A stretch of DNA of 64,000 nt, taken from NCBI GenBank assembly GCA_009859145.1, contig VRVR01000054.1:124001-188000 (forward strand). Direction: 5' to 3'. Under the pieces are notes generated by a model. The model did no database searches, had not been told where the DNA came from, and was given only the letters and a program-made list of their open reading frames with translations. Within the stretch, counting starts at the first letter, position 1. Every line of letters starts with the position of its first letter. Below, piece after piece: positions 60,728-64,000 of the stretch. Made by a program: the position numbers and the translations under genes. This DNA is from Andalucia godoyi And28. Taxonomy: Eukaryota > Protista > Jakobida.

Positions 60728-62598
60728 CAGGGCTGCATGAGGGAATTTGAGCATTGGTGAAATTCTCGAGTGCTTGAGACTGGATGAGTTGAGCCTAGAA
60801 TATCGCTGGGCTTGGAGCCCCTGAACATCCGCAGTCCGCACCTTTAGTTATAGAAAACTTTAGACTCCACTGCAAAAAGCCAAAACCAAAAATCACTGTC
60901 AAATGTCTAGCAAACACCCATCGCATTTCGCATTCAGAAACAAAGAACGCGAGAACCAACACTACGTCCGGATACCGGGTCTACGAAGATGCGATCACCA
61001 CGGACGTCTTTTCCTCTCATGGAATCCTAATCTTGGACTTTCCATGCTTCCCCAACCACCGAGAAAACGAAAGCACCCAACAACCCAGTGGCCACGTTGC
61101 GGGAAAACGGAATTTGGAACCGTCAGTTGTGCTTGCTGGTCGACGTTGGGTGGTGTATACTTGTGATATCGAGGTGATTCGATCGAGCTTCTTTATGACT
61201 TCCCACTCTATCCAAATAACATGAAAATTCATGGAGCAAGCGGCGGGTCTACGTATCTTTTGATGAGGAGACTGTTTACTCACGGGATCCTACATCGGAT
61301 TGTTTGCCGAAGAAAATCAGTTTCACTGTCTGGTCAAGATTGTTTCATTCCACCATCCAGGTGGTGCAGGATGGACTCCCACGGCCACAGAGATGATCGG
61401 CTGTTTGGCGACGGCCTGTTGTTGTGTTTGTTCTGCAAGCATCCAGTCTTCACAGATGAATTGAACTGCACGTCGGAGAGGTTTCGTTCAGTAAACGACA
61501 AATCACAAAATGTTCCATTGTCACTCTCATGAAATAACACGAAGAAGCATCATCATTGCATGCCAGGTCCGTTGGGCCGTGCTTGGCCGGGGGTGAACCA
61601 GCAAGAACAAGAGAGCAACATGCAAGTATACCTGACGAAGCAGTGTCCCACAGTCCATGGTCGTGGGCTCGTCACTTTGATCAGCAGCATTCTTTGAGAA
61701 CGCAGTTTGCAATCCCAATGGACATCACGTGAAGGTACACGTATTTTCCCGAGAGTGCCGAGGTCCATGAACAATAGTGCATCCACCTAATTCACCTTTA
61801 CCATCTGCCTCCTCGCTTCTGTCCTATGCCCTACCGCACAAAAACGATCAATTCTTAAAGCCAAGGCATTTGACCCCCGATGCTCCTTCGGCTCGCCCTA
61901 CACGATACAAGGACTCGAGAACTGAAGTCAAAGACTGCAGCACGAGTGCTTTTCAAATGCTTCAAATGATGGATTCGGAACGGTTGATGATGAATCAGAA
62001 GATGAGTTACAACGGCAGATTTTCTATGCGCTGGAAACTGGTCGTGAGACATCCAGAGTGCACATCCATCCACAGGCACACCAACCTGAAGGATGCTGAA
62101 GAAGGATGGGGACGAACCATTCGTTTTATCAGAAAGGGCTCGAGAAAATCAGCACATAACAAACAGCAAACTATCGAAACTGGAGAGGGGAATATTTGCG
62201 GATTCAATCGAACGCTGGGTCTCCATTGCGGCGGCTGCGAACATCACAGTCCTATACCTTGTTTTTATTTACTTATTTATTTATTTATCTATTTGCTCCG
62301 TAGTTTTTTCTGTGCTTGCGGCCTGCGGGTCTGCTGGGAATCTGGAAAACGTTGCCCGATTATTGTTCCCTCCCCTCCACTGGCAAGCGACTCATTTGTG
62401 AGAGTAATGGGTCATAGAGGACGCTGCATTTCTAGAAAGTTCGACTTTGCGTCATCTGAGCAGTCAAATCGTTGGTCACTTTCCTTCTTGTTTCCGTCAA
62501 TGTGCAACGCGCTTCCTCCTCTGCATGATATATAAAATGATGAGCGCACCGGCGTGTGCTCTTCTGTTTTGGGTTTTCGATTTTCAAATCGCAACGAA

Positions 62599-63885
62599 AT
62601 GAAATCATTCTCTGCGTGTTCGTGCTTGCTGCTCCTAGTTTTCGGAGCAGCCTTTGCATGTGTTCCTACCGACCCCACGAGCACAGTACAAGTTACATCG
62701 ACGTTGGTCGTGCCAGGGTTCAAGTTTGGAAATGCTGCTGTTCTCGACGAATACCACTCGTTGATGTTTGTCAGTGTGATTGAGCCTTCCCCTGGTATTG
62801 CTCGAATCGATACTCGAGCAGACATGAGTGTGCAGGCCTTTGTTCCTTTTAATGCGCTTGCATACGGTCCTGCAGTTGCCCTTGGATATTCCGCATCCAG
62901 AGACAGGATCTACGCAGTTGTCAGCGGCGGGACTGCCAGCTCGGTACTTCAAGCATTTTTCCTGCAAATCCATCCGCAGACCTTGCTTGTTGAAAACGCT
63001 TTGCCACTAAACATTACTGATTTGGATAGTCCTGCTGACGTTGAAACTGCAGGCCGGGAAGTGCTCGGCCACGGTCCGATCTTGTTTGATGAGGTCAAGG
63101 CATGCCATTGCTCGGAGAACGCATTCTTTGTCTTTCAGTATCCTAACAGTCGTGCTCGCTATTTCCACAGCGTGTCTGTGGACCTCGGCAATTTCACTGG
63201 CGGAACGATCCACACATATTTTCATTACTTTGGAATGTCGGATTGGATTTTCAACGTTGCCCGGATTCCTGGAGTGTTTGAAGCGTACATCACGGAAGGT
63301 TCTGCGTCACGTAACTTCCCGACAATCTACTCGACTGTTCAAAGAATCAATCTTCTCGACTACTCAACGGTTGCAACTGTGTTTTCAAACGCCAACCGAA
63401 CGGAAGAAATTCAAACTCGAGGATGCAACTTCCTGGATCCGTATCAAGGAATTGCAGATTTTGGCGGATTTGTCGTGGCCGTCTCCACGAACAACTGGAT
63501 CTATCCTCCCCTGCCTGTAACGTCGACCTGTGCGCGCATGTCATGGAGCGCTCCCAACTGGGAGTCTGGATTGTTTGTTGACTACACACCGGGAGGACAG
63601 TCGAACACCACTCGTTACGAAATCCACCACTTCACCTCGGAACTGCCTTCCGGAGGTAGACGAGGCGCTGGTGCTCTGCTCGCAGAAAGAAAGCCGCTGC
63701 TATTCGCATGGGCATCCGAAGAAACGCCTGCTGGGTACATTTACAAGGCGCTTCTTTCCAATGAGACTTTCTCCGACGATGGTTCGGGGGACGGCGAGGA
63801 TCCAACCTCGTTTGCTCTTCCTGCAAATCTCGCTCATTCCCTGGCTCTGCTGATCGGTGCGGTAAGCGTTGTCCTTTTGCAATAA
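62599..63885 (+). CDS. Secreted, probably GPI-anchored beta-rich surface protein
   Basis: Signal peptide MKSFSACSCLLLLVFGAAFA; beta-propeller-like blades (VLDEYHSLMFVS, LGYSASRDRIYAV); C-terminal polar spacer and hydrophobic tail (SGDGEDPTSFALPANLAHSLALLIGAVSVVLLQ*) with no cytosolic tail. Confidence 0.78.
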   Translation: MKSFSACSCLLLLVFGAAFACVPTDPTSTVQVTSTLVVPGFKFGNAAVLDEYHSLMFVSVIEPSPGIARIDTRADMSVQAFVPFNALAYGPAVALGYSASRDRIYAVVSGGTASSVLQAFFLQIHPQTLLVENALPLNITDLDSPADVETAGREVLGHGPILFDEVKACHCSENAFFVFQYPNSRARYFHSVSVDLGNFTGGTIHTYFHYFGMSDWIFNVARIPGVFEAYITEGSASRNFPTIYSTVQRINLLDYSTVATVFSNANRTEEIQTRGCNFLDPYQGIADFGGFVVAVSTNNWIYPPLPVTSTCARMSWSAPNWESGLFVDYTPGGQSNTTRYEIHHFTSELPSGGRRGAGALLAERKPLLFAWASEETPAGYIYKALLSNETFSDDGSGDGEDPTSFALPANLAHSLALLIGAVSVVLLQ

Positions 63886-64000
63886 CGATGAAAAGCTGTC
63901 GTTCATGGTGCGCTTCGCTTGCTTGCTGCCCGTTTTTAAAAGATGTTTCAGCTGGAATAAAAACGTTACAAACAGATTTCTTTTCGGACGCTATTTTTGG

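Noticed and set aside
1-64000. tRNA, rRNA, snRNA, CRISPR arrays or transposase/RT ORFs
   Set aside because: GTTCGA-type T-loop matches seen by eye lie inside CDSs without cloverleaf context. No spaced direct repeats or TE catalytic motifs were seen. tRNAscan-SE and cmscan would be needed to exclude small RNAs formally.

Overview
Gene-dense, intron-poor eukaryotic (most likely free-living protist) genomic window using the standard code, not a prokaryote. It has about 29 protein-coding genes in mixed orientation, many in head-to-head pairs, separated by short AT- and microsatellite-rich spacers. Recognisable genes: XRN2 (5'-truncated), importin-alpha, EndoV, a multi-EF-hand protein, RPAP2/Rtr1, a large ARM-like protein, DUF1748 (spliced), a homeodomain protein, PTS2-bearing acyl-CoA oxidase, BolA, NOP9, Tat-SF1, RFC4, RAB3GAP1, an ARHGAP39-like WW-WW-MyTH4-RhoGAP, MON1, EAPP, a BLTP3/SHIP164-like lipid bridge, CSN8, Ras (spliced), a CAR/GCR1-like GPCR, TANGO2, an EcKL-like kinase and a GPI-anchored surface protein. 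Highlights: (1) an acylated GAF-GAF-tandem class III cyclase with remodelled catalytic residues; (2) an Mpo1/DUF962-like membrane domain fused to an ALO/GULO-type flavin oxidase; (3) a hidden dispersed repeat (5067-5225 vs 57654-57887) whose 100-nt core differs by 15 transitions and no transversions; (4) a spliced 47-aa microprotein gene missed by the ORF track; (5) a Cys50 homeodomain and a candidate Ig-fold transcription factor. I recognised no rRNA, tRNA, CRISPR or intact transposon. All family assignments come from motif recognition by eye; no database search was run.
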